IMG/VR virus record: IMGVR_UViG_3300024259_001888
Coordinates: 20,336 to 84,335 of that record
DNA length: 64,000 nucleotides
Source: a virus
Reading direction: 5' to 3' (one strand)
The notes under the pieces were generated by a model. The model made no database searches. It was not told the origin of the DNA and saw only the letters and a program-made list of their open reading frames with translations. Numbering within the stretch: the first letter of the stretch is position 1; every line of letters starts with the position of its first letter. The translations under genes and the position numbers were made by a program. Positions 45,767-54,757 of this stretch are shown piece by piece.

Positions 45767-46525
45767 TTATCTCTCGTACTTTTTGTTTGTAGCGTCAGGC
45801 AAATTATCAATTTCAATCAACCCTTCTCCAACCTTTTCAACGCCAAGCGTTGTTATTAATGAAATTCTTGATTTCCATCTCGGGCCTGAACCATGCCCGG
45901 AAACAAATGCTTGCAATGTAGCGTTTGCAGTTTCTTTCCACATCGGAACCATCTCTTTTCCTGGCTCCGACATTCCTGCATACACCGCATTGAAAATATC
46001 AAACGCAGCATACCTCACACATGCAAATTCAACACCATCTGGAATTTCAACACTGGTATCATCATAAAATGTAACAGAGTCAAGTGTACCATATATTTTT
46101 GTCAGATATGCATTGATGCGTTTGGTTGAATCAACAACAAACTCATGCCCATCATGATTACTGATGTCAGAAGCAGAAGTTAAATAGATTTTATCACCAG
46201 TATCCGCTGAACCTTCCCAGAATGAAGCTTCGATGGTAAACTGATTCGCCAGCAAGAATTCAGCAGTTCTGGTTCCAGAACCCATATGCCCAACAATATC
46301 TCCCGTAACGGTAAATGACGTCGAGTCTGTAAACTCAAAGGTATATGTTTCATGTTCCGCAAATGCATCAGAGAAAGAAACATCCACGAGCATAATGGTT
46401 CCCGTATTGTCAGAATCAGCTTTAAGGCCACGATAAGCTTCAGAGAACCGAATTTTCGATTCTCTGGTTATAACGGACCGTAGCAACCTTTTTACATCAA
46501 CAAGAGAACAATATACCCGTGACAT
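45767..46525 (-). CDS. Head-tail adaptor (Mu gp36/DUF1320-like) with inserted beta domain
   Basis: YCSLVDVKRLL, INAYL..Y, IP..V..AC..YAA motifs. Confidence 0.7.
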   Translation of the reverse strand: MSRVYCSLVDVKRLLRSVITRESKIRFSEAYRGLKADSDNTGTIMLVDVSFSDAFAEHETYTFEFTDSTSFTVTGDIVGHMGSGTRTAEFLLANQFTIEASFWEGSADTGDKIYLTSASDISNHDGHEFVVDSTKRINAYLTKIYGTLDSVTFYDDTSVEIPDGVEFACVRYAAFDIFNAVYAGMSEPGKEMVPMWKETANATLQAFVSGHGSGPRWKSRISLITTLGVEKVGEGLIEIDNLPDATNKKYER

Positions 46526-46535
46526 TTGTCATCCC

Positions 46536-46775
46536 CTACTTGGTTGTTTTGGAGACCTTCTTCTTAACGACCTTCTTCTTCTTTTTTTGTCTTTCATCCG
46601 GCAAGAGAGGCCGAACGTTTCCCGAGTTTACTTCAATCTTCCCGATTTCCAGGGGAAGGCGAATCACCTTTCCAACTTTTGGATTGAATGACTTGCCTTC
46701 ATTTATCCCCGGAACTCGGTAGCGAAGATTTCGCGCTCTTACTACATACTTCCTGAATTTAACTTTCTCATCCAT
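46536..46775 (-). CDS. Small basic protein downstream of the capsid gene
   Basis: AAGGAG RBS; Lys-rich C-terminus. Confidence 0.65.
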   Translation of the reverse strand: MDEKVKFRKYVVRARNLRYRVPGINEGKSFNPKVGKVIRLPLEIGKIEVNSGNVRPLLPDERQKKKKKVVKKKVSKTTK

Positions 46776-46816
46776 ATTACTTTTCTCCTTGATTTATCCT
46801 ATCAGAGAAATAGGGT

Positions 46817-46993
46817 TTAGTTGTGCAGGACGTCACGAATCAGACCCCAAGTTGTAGAGTCAGTACAGAACTTAAAGCCCTGTGTCGTATTGAAATACAT
46901 ACGCCCGACCTTAATCGGAGGATCTACCGCCCTCGGTTTAAAAGAAACGAAGTCGACCTTCGTTCCACCCCACAGAAATCTTGCGTCTCCCAT
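46817..46993 (-). CDS. 58-aa putative head fibre/decoration peptide
   Basis: GGGAG RBS; MGDARFLWGG...PPIKVGRMYFNTTQGFKFCTDSTTW...HN*. 'G.MYFNTT...' is typical of fibre shaft repeats. Below the ORF-track cutoff. Confidence 0.65.
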   Translation of the reverse strand: MGDARFLWGGTKVDFVSFKPRAVDPPIKVGRMYFNTTQGFKFCTDSTTWGLIRDVLHN

Positions 46994-47070
46994 AATTGTT
47001 CTCCCTTCTATGTAATTTTAATCAGGGGTAAGCCCTGAACCTCACATGAGGCACTACCGAAGATTAAGGT

Positions 47071-48012
47071 TTAATCATCAGCGCTTTCGCCGGTGGAAAC
47101 ACGTTTGTACATGAAACCAGCGGAGCTGTTGGTGATCTTCGGCGAATAGACCTTGTTCACTTTAATGAACTCACCTTCACGATCATCATCTCTCCAGCGT
47201 ACCACTTTGAATCCCCGGGACACAAAGGTTCGGCCCAAGGTAAGCTGATCACTGGGATTAATGTAGGCGATGGGTACACGGTACTTCATGATGTACTCAT
47301 ATGTCGCTGTTTGGCCTTCGTCAGCGCTGTTCCACAGACCGTCCGAAATGACAACTTTCATCTTACGCAGGGTGGCCGGAAGTGCATCGCCGGTGATCAG
47401 CTCATTCGGCTGATACTTCAGCAATTCACGAATTACGGGATCCTGGGTAATGGCTTCGGAAACTTCCGTGGTGAAAGAGATCTGATTGGGACGTTTCCCA
47501 ATGGCTTTGGATATAAGAACAATTGCGGAAGACAGATCACCCAAAATATCGGGGTCGGTGCCGCTTATCCAAGCCGTGGTTGAAGTGAGATTGGAATACA
47601 GACTACCGGACTCGAGGCCGGATGTGCCGAGGATAAGCGCCCAGATATCAATTTCCTCAGAAAGCAGAACTTTCTCCGTAAGGAAGTTGGTAACATCAAT
47701 CTTGGGGCGAACCGGGGCATCTGCATTTTGCATGGCCCGATCGGTAACGATGTCTTTAATTGCCCTCTCATACGTGGAGTAGGTCCCCTCGTCGTAGGTC
47801 AGCGTGGCCTCTTCTGTGATGGCCCCATCAGCTTTCTTGGGCGCACCCTTGAAGAACCCATCCTTGTTAAAGATACGATACTTATCGGACTCTTTCTTCA
47901 CGGGATATTCAGGCAGAAACTGATCGCCTGTGAATTCGTTATTGGTATAACGAACCGCCAATCCGGTGAGGAACTTATCGTCACGAACATTACCTTTTTG
48001 AACGTTATACAT
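47071..48012 (-). CDS. Major capsid protein (HK97 fold)
   Basis: 313 aa; 'D..LT.LAV.Y.N.EF..D..LP..PV', GKRPN motifs; follows the protease and cement genes; GGAGGTG RBS. Confidence 0.88.
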   Translation of the reverse strand: MYNVQKGNVRDDKFLTGLAVRYTNNEFTGDQFLPEYPVKKESDKYRIFNKDGFFKGAPKKADGAITEEATLTYDEGTYSTYERAIKDIVTDRAMQNADAPVRPKIDVTNFLTEKVLLSEEIDIWALILGTSGLESGSLYSNLTSTTAWISGTDPDILGDLSSAIVLISKAIGKRPNQISFTTEVSEAITQDPVIRELLKYQPNELITGDALPATLRKMKVVISDGLWNSADEGQTATYEYIMKYRVPIAYINPSDQLTLGRTFVSRGFKVVRWRDDDREGEFIKVNKVYSPKITNSSAGFMYKRVSTGESADD

Positions 48013-48065
48013 GGTTCTATCACCTCCAAATCAAAAGTATAAAAACGAATTTACATCACGAAACT

Positions 48066-48545
48066 TTAACCAATGAAGGAAAATCCGCCGCCTTTCATCA
48101 AAACGGGAATGATGTCGCCATCATCTCCATCGTTCAAGGCAATCCCCAACGCACCCTGGATCGTTCCGCCTCCAGTGGGAGTGTAAGGTTTGAGAAGAGC
48201 AACTTCGCCATCATCGGCTCCAACATAGTTGCCTCGGGTGACTGCTTCTGCACATTGGCATTTGACAATAGGTCCACAAGAAACGGGAACCATCTCCCCA
48301 TTCTTTGCATCAGACAAAGCAACTCCCAATACAGCGACAGTCATATCGCCCGATGCATAAGGTTTGGCTTCACGAAAATCTGTTCCAATCGCAACGATGT
48401 CTCCTTCAAGAACAGAAAGAGCCCCTTCATTTGCGCCCTTATCAGCCCCGCCTCGAGCATCGGACCCTTCTGCCAAGAAATTCTGGATAAAATCATTGGG
48501 ACTCCAGCCATAGGTAAAACCTGTTGTTTCAGTCGGCAGTGCCAT
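48066..48545 (-). CDS. Capsid cement/decoration protein (DUF2190-like)
   Basis: VLGVALSDAKNGEMVPV, AEAVTRG, LGIALNDGDDGDIIPVL. Confidence 0.8.
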   Translation of the reverse strand: MALPTETTGFTYGWSPNDFIQNFLAEGSDARGGADKGANEGALSVLEGDIVAIGTDFREAKPYASGDMTVAVLGVALSDAKNGEMVPVSCGPIVKCQCAEAVTRGNYVGADDGEVALLKPYTPTGGGTIQGALGIALNDGDDGDIIPVLMKGGGFSFIG

Positions 48546-48608
48546 GGTTTAAAACACCTCCTTTGTTAGTTTAAAATTTATCTTCACTCCCCTCATATAA
48601 GAGGGAGA

Positions 48609-49361
48609 TTATTCTTCGTCGAGTTTCCCTTCCTGGGAAAACACGACCAATGCATCTTCGAACGTAATCTTATGCTCGGTGGCATAGGCTTCAACATCTT
48701 CAATGGAAGCTTCTTCCAGTTTTCCGGTTGGCGTTCGCACGGAAGCGGAAGTTTCGCCATCGTCAAAACGATGTTCTTCGGGAATTGATGCTAGAATGTC
48801 TTCAGCAATGTCCAAGAAAGACTTGGTCACTTCTTTGGCATTATCGCCTTCCCCTTCGGACAGGGTGACGCTGAACTTCTTCGCCGGTTCGGACAGGGCA
48901 ACATTTTCAATCACTTTCAGTGTTGCCGGGAAAGCCCCGAGACCTTTGAATTCCGCCAATTTCTTTTCGGTAAAAATCTTCAGCTTGTCATTCTGAAGCT
49001 CTTTGTTCGAGCCCATCAAGCTCTTCACCGAATCGGTCAATGCGGAAACATCACCGGACAGTTTGGCCACACTAGCATTGGACGTTTTCAGCGCAATTTG
49101 CGCTTCTTCCAATGCCTTATTGGTGGCCTGAAATTCTTCCAGAGAGACAGTTTTGGGCGCCGGAGTATCTTCTTTCTTCTTCTTTTTCTCGGGCGGTTTT
49201 TCGAGCTTAACGATGGCTACCTTCACTTCTTCCAAACTGGCAGTCAAAGCTGTCAACTCTTCCTTACTCTCTTTCTTATCGGAAGCTGCTTCCTCCAATG
49301 CGGTAATCTTCGCTTTGAGATCAGCTTGTTCTGTTTGCAATTCCTCAAGAGTTTTTTTCAT
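48609..49361 (-). CDS. Nested in-frame scaffold protein (Mu gpZ-like)
   Basis: Internal AAGGAGGTGA-N8-ATG (MKKTLEELQ) at the start of the coiled-coil half. Confidence 0.7.
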   Translation of the reverse strand: MKKTLEELQTEQADLKAKITALEEAASDKKESKEELTALTASLEEVKVAIVKLEKPPEKKKKKEDTPAPKTVSLEEFQATNKALEEAQIALKTSNASVAKLSGDVSALTDSVKSLMGSNKELQNDKLKIFTEKKLAEFKGLGAFPATLKVIENVALSEPAKKFSVTLSEGEGDNAKEVTKSFLDIAEDILASIPEEHRFDDGETSASVRTPTGKLEEASIEDVEAYATEHKITFEDALVVFSQEGKLDEE

Positions 49362-50171
49362 CGACTTATTCACCTCCTTGTTTGATCCTGAATCATCTTC
49401 AGGAATCTCTGTGAGTTCGAGCATGTCCCCGTCCTCGCTAAGCGAAACCGGGAGCATTCCTTTAATAAACGGCCTGTTGGTAAGTCCCCCACCAAGCACT
49501 GTTGGACCATGGGAGATCTTCGTTTCTTTGTCCACAGGGTTTCCGCTTTCATCTGTTGAATCTTCAAACAGATACTCAACGTAATCGTCTGTGTACTCGA
49601 TTGAAAAAAACCGAAACTCTTTATCCTCAATAGACTTCTTTCCCTTTGCGGTTAAATTGACTTCTGCCATCAACATTCCAGGTTCTTTAAACAGCTTAGA
49701 CACCCAAGCAGCAGCGCCATGATCGGGCTGATGCTTGAAATCAAAAGCAATTTCCGGACTGGGCAAATCAGCATCGAAATTCATAATCATTCTATCAAAG
49801 AATGCATCATCGAAACTCATAACGCCCCACCACGGATGGCGAAACTTACCTGTTTTAAGACACTGAACTTGAATGGGCTTATCGGCTGCAAAGGTTTTTG
49901 AATCAAGAAAAGAACTCGGGATGGAAGAAACAAACTTACGAACAGGTTCTTCGTGCTCTTTGTTTCCTTTTGGTTTCATGTCACTATCCTGTGTACTGTG
50001 TTTTGGTGAAAGAGTATTATTTTGAAGGTAGGTTTCAAACTCTTTCGGCTCAAACGAATCATCGAGCTTTCCTGCTTTCTTGAGAGTAGACGTACAAATG
50101 GCAAAAGCCGAACTCTTGCTTTTGCCTTTGGCGACTAACTTCTCAACACACTTGTCAAGTACGGCTGGAAT
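48609..50171 (-). CDS. Mu-like prohead protease-scaffold protein; predicted ATT start
   Basis: DFKH, AAAWV, FRFFSIEY, GGLTNRPFIKGM (Mu gpI-like). The frame is open 64 codons upstream of the track ATG (49979) to an ATT preceded by AAGGAGGTGA. Confidence 0.85.
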   Translation of the reverse strand: MPAVLDKCVEKLVAKGKSKSSAFAICTSTLKKAGKLDDSFEPKEFETYLQNNTLSPKHSTQDSDMKPKGNKEHEEPVRKFVSSIPSSFLDSKTFAADKPIQVQCLKTGKFRHPWWGVMSFDDAFFDRMIMNFDADLPSPEIAFDFKHQPDHGAAAWVSKLFKEPGMLMAEVNLTAKGKKSIEDKEFRFFSIEYTDDYVEYLFEDSTDESGNPVDKETKISHGPTVLGGGLTNRPFIKGMLPVSLSEDGDMLELTEIPEDDSGSNKEVNKSMKKTLEELQTEQADLKAKITALEEAASDKKESKEELTALTASLEEVKVAIVKLEKPPEKKKKKEDTPAPKTVSLEEFQATNKALEEAQIALKTSNASVAKLSGDVSALTDSVKSLMGSNKELQNDKLKIFTEKKLAEFKGLGAFPATLKVIENVALSEPAKKFSVTLSEGEGDNAKEVTKSFLDIAEDILASIPEEHRFDDGETSASVRTPTGKLEEASIEDVEAYATEHKITFEDALVVFSQEGKLDEE

Positions 50172-50206
50172 AACTCTTCACCTCCTTTCAAATTTGGCCT
50201 TGTTAG

Positions 50207-50262
50207 TGTTCTGGGTAAGAAACAAGTAATAGTAATTTACCATAAGATATTTAAAACACAAA
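50207..50262 (-). promoter_or_regulatory. Candidate sigma70-like promoter plus dyad site upstream of the head operon
   Basis: TTGTGT-N16-TAAATT with a TG extension, followed by GTTTCTTACCCAGAACA. Confidence 0.3.
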
Positions 50263-50353
50263 GCTTTTTTTTTATTTCGCACATGCATTTTTAGAAGTTG
50301 TAATACTCCACTAATGAAAAATTCTTTCAATAAAGTTTTTCTTTGTCTAAAAT

Positions 50354-51256
50354 TCAACCCTTTTTAGGGTTATCTTGCCACCACTGTTTAACTACTTCGA
50401 GTTCACCAGAGGAAATATGCTCACTATCATAGTATTTTACTTCCGGAGGGGGGAATGGTGTGTTGGTATCTTTATATTTCCAAAACCAACCATGTTCAGC
50501 GTGTGTGTGGCGAAACCCCAAGACCTTTGCAAACGTACCATGTCCAGGTTCATGCATTTGTTCATTTTTTGGATTTTCAACTGGAACAACCTTCAAGCCC
50601 AGATCCTTGATTGCCCTACCCATTCTTCCTTCGCAGTTACCGAATTCCTGACACGTACTTTCATATGCCTTAAGGGGTATAAAGTTTTCTTTGAAATGCT
50701 GCATCATAGCTTTAACAGCATCCATCCTACCGATGAATCCAGTGGAATTAAATATGGGCCTGTCACCATCCCACCAACCAGCAGAGATTAAATCCGCATT
50801 GTTTTCCTTGAGCGTATCCAAAAGTTCAAAAATCCCTTGTGGCTTCTCCAGAATACAGTCCCCATTGGCACAATAGATATATGGAAAATTGCCCATAGAA
50901 TTAATCCCGAGATCAAGCAGATAAAAGTATGGGTAAAGTACCCCGCCCCACCGTTGATGTGGTCCCATGACCAAAGCATTGCACTGGTCGATCACTTCTC
51001 GACTAGGCATAACATGGTCCCAGCCCGTAGCTTTATTGTCTGGATCAAAATAATTATCATAAGCCAGAGTAACCCATAGCTTCGTCGCCTTGTGTGTTTC
51101 TACAGAAGCCTTAAGGAACCCTCTATTTCCAGGATGAGAAGTTAATAATATGCCAAGCTCCTTCAAATATGGAAAAGCAATATGTTTATCGCAATAGGTA
51201 AAGCGTCTCGACAGAACCACATAGTCTGCATGATCCGACTTATTCAACTTTCTCAT
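50354..51256 (-). CDS. GT-A-like glycosyltransferase (paralog of 51928-52974)
   Basis: GILLTSH, LAYDNY, ANGDCIL (DxD-like), CEGRMG. Start probably at 51256 (ATGA overlap). Confidence 0.55.
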   Translation of the reverse strand: MRKLNKSDHADYVVLSRRFTYCDKHIAFPYLKELGILLTSHPGNRGFLKASVETHKATKLWVTLAYDNYFDPDNKATGWDHVMPSREVIDQCNALVMGPHQRWGGVLYPYFYLLDLGINSMGNFPYIYCANGDCILEKPQGIFELLDTLKENNADLISAGWWDGDRPIFNSTGFIGRMDAVKAMMQHFKENFIPLKAYESTCQEFGNCEGRMGRAIKDLGLKVVPVENPKNEQMHEPGHGTFAKVLGFRHTHAEHGWFWKYKDTNTPFPPPEVKYYDSEHISSGELEVVKQWWQDNPKKG

Positions 51257-51837
51257 GTCAATACGGCGGAATGACATAATTTTGTCTCCTTTCGTTTAGC
51301 CCAAATTTTTTTCATAGCAACGCTTTTCTTCAATCTAGTTTCTTTTGATTCTTTTAAGCCAATATGTGATTTGCTTTTTTTCAGCCTAACTTCTAATGGA
51401 TCTCTATATCCAAGTTTATTTTTATTTCCCATTCTAGCCTGGCTCTGTTTTGCTCGAGTTTCTTTAGAAGCTTTATATCCTAATAAATATTTATTCCCCT
51501 TCATATGATCACTAACATGCTTAGATTGACTTTTGCATTCTAAATTATTTATGTGATCATTTAATCTTCCAAGAAAACCTTTTTCTTTATGATGGATAAT
51601 CCATCCTTCAGGAATTTCACCAACCCAAGCTTGCCACATAAGTCTGGATATTTGGATTTGATTAAAATAAATTCCATTAATTGTCATCGTAATAACATTA
51701 TATCCAAGACTTTCATATGGCAAAAATTTTTCTTTCGTTTCACAATTCCTTATATATTTTCCATCTTCTGAGATTATAAATTTTTTATCAACAACCACTT
51801 TTCCATTTTTATAATTTTTTAAAAATTTCACCTTCAT
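51253..51837 (-). CDS. HNH homing endonuclease with NUMOD3
   Basis: IIHHKE....LNDHINNLEC.SQSKH; SKETRAKQS and SKETRLKKS repeats. Confidence 0.85.
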   Translation of the reverse strand: MKVKFLKNYKNGKVVVDKKFIISEDGKYIRNCETKEKFLPYESLGYNVITMTINGIYFNQIQISRLMWQAWVGEIPEGWIIHHKEKGFLGRLNDHINNLECKSQSKHVSDHMKGNKYLLGYKASKETRAKQSQARMGNKNKLGYRDPLEVRLKKSKSHIGLKESKETRLKKSVAMKKIWAKRKETKLCHSAVLT

Positions 51838-51866
51838 GACATTCTCCTATATCATTCTCCTTTTAA

Positions 51867-51921
51867 TCTCACAGCAGGAGATGGAGAAATCTCTTTTCGG
51901 TTGGCCAACCTAGCTGTGAGA
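51867..51921 (-). ncRNA. Structured cis-RNA element, copy B, 5' of HNH gene
   Basis: TCTCACAGC-TA-GGTT(GGCC)AACC-GAAAA-GAGAT(TTCTCC)ATCTC-CT-GCTGTGAGA, followed by AGGAGAATG x2. Confidence 0.75.
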
Positions 51922-51927
51922 AACTTG

Positions 51928-52974
51928 TCATCCAGGAATTGCTTCACAAGCTTTCATTATTTTTTCAAATATATTGTCTGCACCTTTTTCATAAACCGGC
52001 TTTCCTCCATAATATTCTATTGGCATATAGACTCTATCGTACCAACTGTCTTCGTTGTGGTCAAAAGCTTGATATAAATATCGTCGATCTTTTGTTTCAT
52101 AATAATTAAATAAGGAATCACTATACCCCTTGCAGACAAGTTTCATTTTATGGATATCAACGTACTCTAATTTCGGAGGCTCTCTTCTTTCAATTAAGCA
52201 AGTTAAGAAGATAGCTCCTAGATTTTTATATCCTACAAGATTTTTCCAAGTGGAAGATTGATCATATCTAGAATAATGATCAACTGAAGATCCATCCAAT
52301 TCCATAGGTTGTATTGGCGCAATTCTTTCATTCATTTCATTTGAACGAACAGCCAATGTTAATAATTCTTCTGGACTCCAGGAGCCAATGATTGGAGGAG
52401 AAAGATATTTTCTAATAAAATCCATTATAAAATGAAACGCTTTCACTTTATAAATTACAGCACAAGTATGAATGTTGTTTTCCTGAGAAGAAATTGACAT
52501 CAAATCATCATCACCTAATTCATCTTTTAAATCCTGCAACCCTTCGGGATTTTCCCAAATACAATCACCATTAACATGAATAATGTATTTAAAATTAGCA
52601 AATTGTCGCACAATGCCCTGAGCATAATTCATTAACCACAGCCAACCGTTTCGTTTATCGTTATCATATGCTGTATGCTTAAACACCCATTGATCAGGAA
52701 TTTGCCAAATATCATACGTTGGCATCCTTGACTTAAATTCAAGTTCTCTACTCCAAGGCATCATGGGATTGTCGTAAGCACACAAAACAAACGCTTCTGA
52801 TTTTATGTATTGTCCCAACGTAGCCTTTAAAAAATGAAGATGTCCCCACCAAGAAGTAACAATTATGGCAGTATCATTCTGGCAAGGTTTATCATTATGA
52901 TCGAAAGATAAATCAAAATAATTCGGCCTAACACTGTAATCATGGCCTGAAGGATTAGCTTTTGAAAGATCCAT
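51928..52974 (-). CDS. GT-A-like glycosyltransferase
   Basis: AIIVTSW, CAYDNP, VNGDCIW, SPEELL; paralogous to 50354-51256. Confidence 0.55.
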   Translation of the reverse strand: MDLSKANPSGHDYSVRPNYFDLSFDHNDKPCQNDTAIIVTSWWGHLHFLKATLGQYIKSEAFVLCAYDNPMMPWSRELEFKSRMPTYDIWQIPDQWVFKHTAYDNDKRNGWLWLMNYAQGIVRQFANFKYIIHVNGDCIWENPEGLQDLKDELGDDDLMSISSQENNIHTCAVIYKVKAFHFIMDFIRKYLSPPIIGSWSPEELLTLAVRSNEMNERIAPIQPMELDGSSVDHYSRYDQSSTWKNLVGYKNLGAIFLTCLIERREPPKLEYVDIHKMKLVCKGYSDSLFNYYETKDRRYLYQAFDHNEDSWYDRVYMPIEYYGGKPVYEKGADNIFEKIMKACEAIPG

Positions 52975-53656
52975 GAATATTTATCCTCCCACTTTCTCTA
53001 TAAGGATTTTCTGGTTTAGGGATTTTCCTTACCATTGTCAACCCTGCATTCCAAGCTCCAAAATGAAAAGTGAAAATATCTATATCTGATCTTCTTTCAA
53101 GTTCTTTTCTGAACTTGTAGCCATTACCACTTCTATTAAAAGCAGTTTCTTCTTCATTCATGGGATATAAATCATGCATAAATATGAATCCATTTTCTTC
53201 AATTAAATTAAAGGAATTATTAAAATCTTTTTTTACCTGATCATACATATGATCACCATCAATAAAAACTACTGAAACTTTAGTAAATTTAATTTCTTCA
53301 AAAAAATCATCTGAAGGACCAACAAAAAGAACATTATTATCATCAAAAAAATCACCAACCGTACACAGATTAATGTAATCTGAAGACATAATATCACAAT
53401 GAAACACCTTGCGATTAAACTTTCTCGCAAGGTAAGTGAATAGATATGAACTTTCACCAATACCAATCTCTATAATGTCCCCCTTAACCCATGTCAAAAC
53501 ATAATCAGCCATGACACCAAGCATTCCCCATCTATCCCAACCATACGTGTCAGAAAAGGGAATGGGACAATCAGCCCTTAAATTCATGTTAGCCTTAAGT
53601 TCCGCTGAACCGGGATGCTCTGGCCTACTTGCATAGTCGGACGGGTTCAAAAACAA
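52955..53656 (-). CDS. Class I SAM methyltransferase (Methyltransf_24-like)
   Basis: IIEIGIGES, VFIDGDH, GFIFMHD. TTG start at 53656 with AAGGAGGTG RBS (track start 53767). Confidence 0.85.
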   Translation of the reverse strand: MFLNPSDYASRPEHPGSAELKANMNLRADCPIPFSDTYGWDRWGMLGVMADYVLTWVKGDIIEIGIGESSYLFTYLARKFNRKVFHCDIMSSDYINLCTVGDFFDDNNVLFVGPSDDFFEEIKFTKVSVVFIDGDHMYDQVKKDFNNSFNLIEENGFIFMHDLYPMNEEETAFNRSGNGYKFRKELERRSDIDIFTFHFGAWNAGLTMVRKIPKPENPYRESGRINIHGSFKS

Positions 53657-54158
53657 GGTCGCCACCTCCTTTTTGGTCTTTAAAAATCGGCTTAATCCCT
53701 CTGGCTGCATAAAACTGGAATCTTGGAAAAAATTCATACAGCTTATCTCTATACCTAGCATCATCATCCCAAAGAGCTATATCATTCCACGCAAAGTTTT
53801 CAGTCAATAAAAGCAATTCAAGACCTCTGCCGACACCAAGAATATAAATGGTGCAACCATTAGGATTCGAATTTTTCTCACGAATTACTTCTTCAATAAG
53901 GATTGCTGTTTGCCTACATTCTTCAATAATCATTTCTCTACTGAACGCAGTGGTGCAAGAAAGCCTCCTGGGTATAGGATCAGTGCTGTAAGCCTCTTCT
54001 CCTATATAGAAATACTTTGCCATTTCTATTGTCACCATGTCTTCTGTGAACAACTCCTCTGCTGGACCCATGCATCGCTGTCCATCAAGAGGAAACGGGC
54101 TATGCATAATGTGCTTGATAAAATTGCCAAGTCTTTTGTTTTTAATTTCGATAATCAT
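53625..54158 (-). CDS. Hypothetical, methyltransferase-like
   Basis: YILGVGRG glycine loop followed by LWDDD. Confidence 0.5.
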   Translation of the reverse strand: MIIEIKNKRLGNFIKHIMHSPFPLDGQRCMGPAEELFTEDMVTIEMAKYFYIGEEAYSTDPIPRRLSCTTAFSREMIIEECRQTAILIEEVIREKNSNPNGCTIYILGVGRGLELLLLTENFAWNDIALWDDDARYRDKLYEFFPRFQFYAARGIKPIFKDQKGGGDLVFEPVRLCK

Positions 54159-54757
54159 AGCGTTATCTTTTTCATCACGGTAAGCGATGGAAAATCCCCG
54201 TAAGTTCCATAGATATAGTTATCCCTAATGATAGGGTTGGAATCAAGAACAGGACGAATAGGTGTTCCTTCATATTTCTTCATCCATTCAATGTTATCAC
54301 GTTCTTCCGAACCGCCTTCAAACAAAAACAAGCCACAATGTCGCATTTTAGGAGTCCAGAATTTAATCATGGTTTCAATTAATCCTCCAGTATTACTGAG
54401 ATCAACATGAAGAAAGTCAACTGAACTATCTTCATAGCCATAGTGAACTGTGAATGCGTCCTGCTTATATAGAGTGACAAACTTATCAACTTGAACTGCT
54501 TCAAGCACCAATTGAACATCTTCCATTTTACCATGCTTAAATGGGTAATCTTCCCATAAGTCATAAGCATGAAGATGTCCAGCAGTTCCTTTCAATCTTT
54601 CAACTTTACTTAATCCTCTCCCAATATAAGACGTACTATATCCGTCAAGCACTCCTAATTCAACAGCGATACGTGGAGGATAATTAAACACGGTGTTTTG
54701 AAAGACCTTTCCAAAATTGTTCTTTCGATATGACGAACGAACTACAGACATCACCAT
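54155..54757 (-). CDS. Class I SAM methyltransferase
   Basis: VELGVLDGYST, AYDLW, DFLHVD. Confidence 0.8.
   Translation of the reverse strand: MVMSVVRSSYRKNNFGKVFQNTVFNYPPRIAVELGVLDGYSTSYIGRGLSKVERLKGTAGHLHAYDLWEDYPFKHGKMEDVQLVLEAVQVDKFVTLYKQDAFTVHYGYEDSSVDFLHVDLSNTGGLIETMIKFWTPKMRHCGLFLFEGGSEERDNIEWMKKYEGTPIRPVLDSNPIIRDNYIYGTYGDFPSLTVMKKITL

Noticed and set aside
51253-51837. HNH genes as group I intron ORFs
   Set aside because: Flanking genes are complete separate ORFs and the spacers (<100 nt) are too short for an intron core.
51867-51921. Hammerhead ribozyme or intrinsic terminator identity for the repeated RNA element
   Set aside because: It has a three-way junction and GAAA but lacks the CUGANGA core. 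There is no U-tract after P1 on the coding strand.
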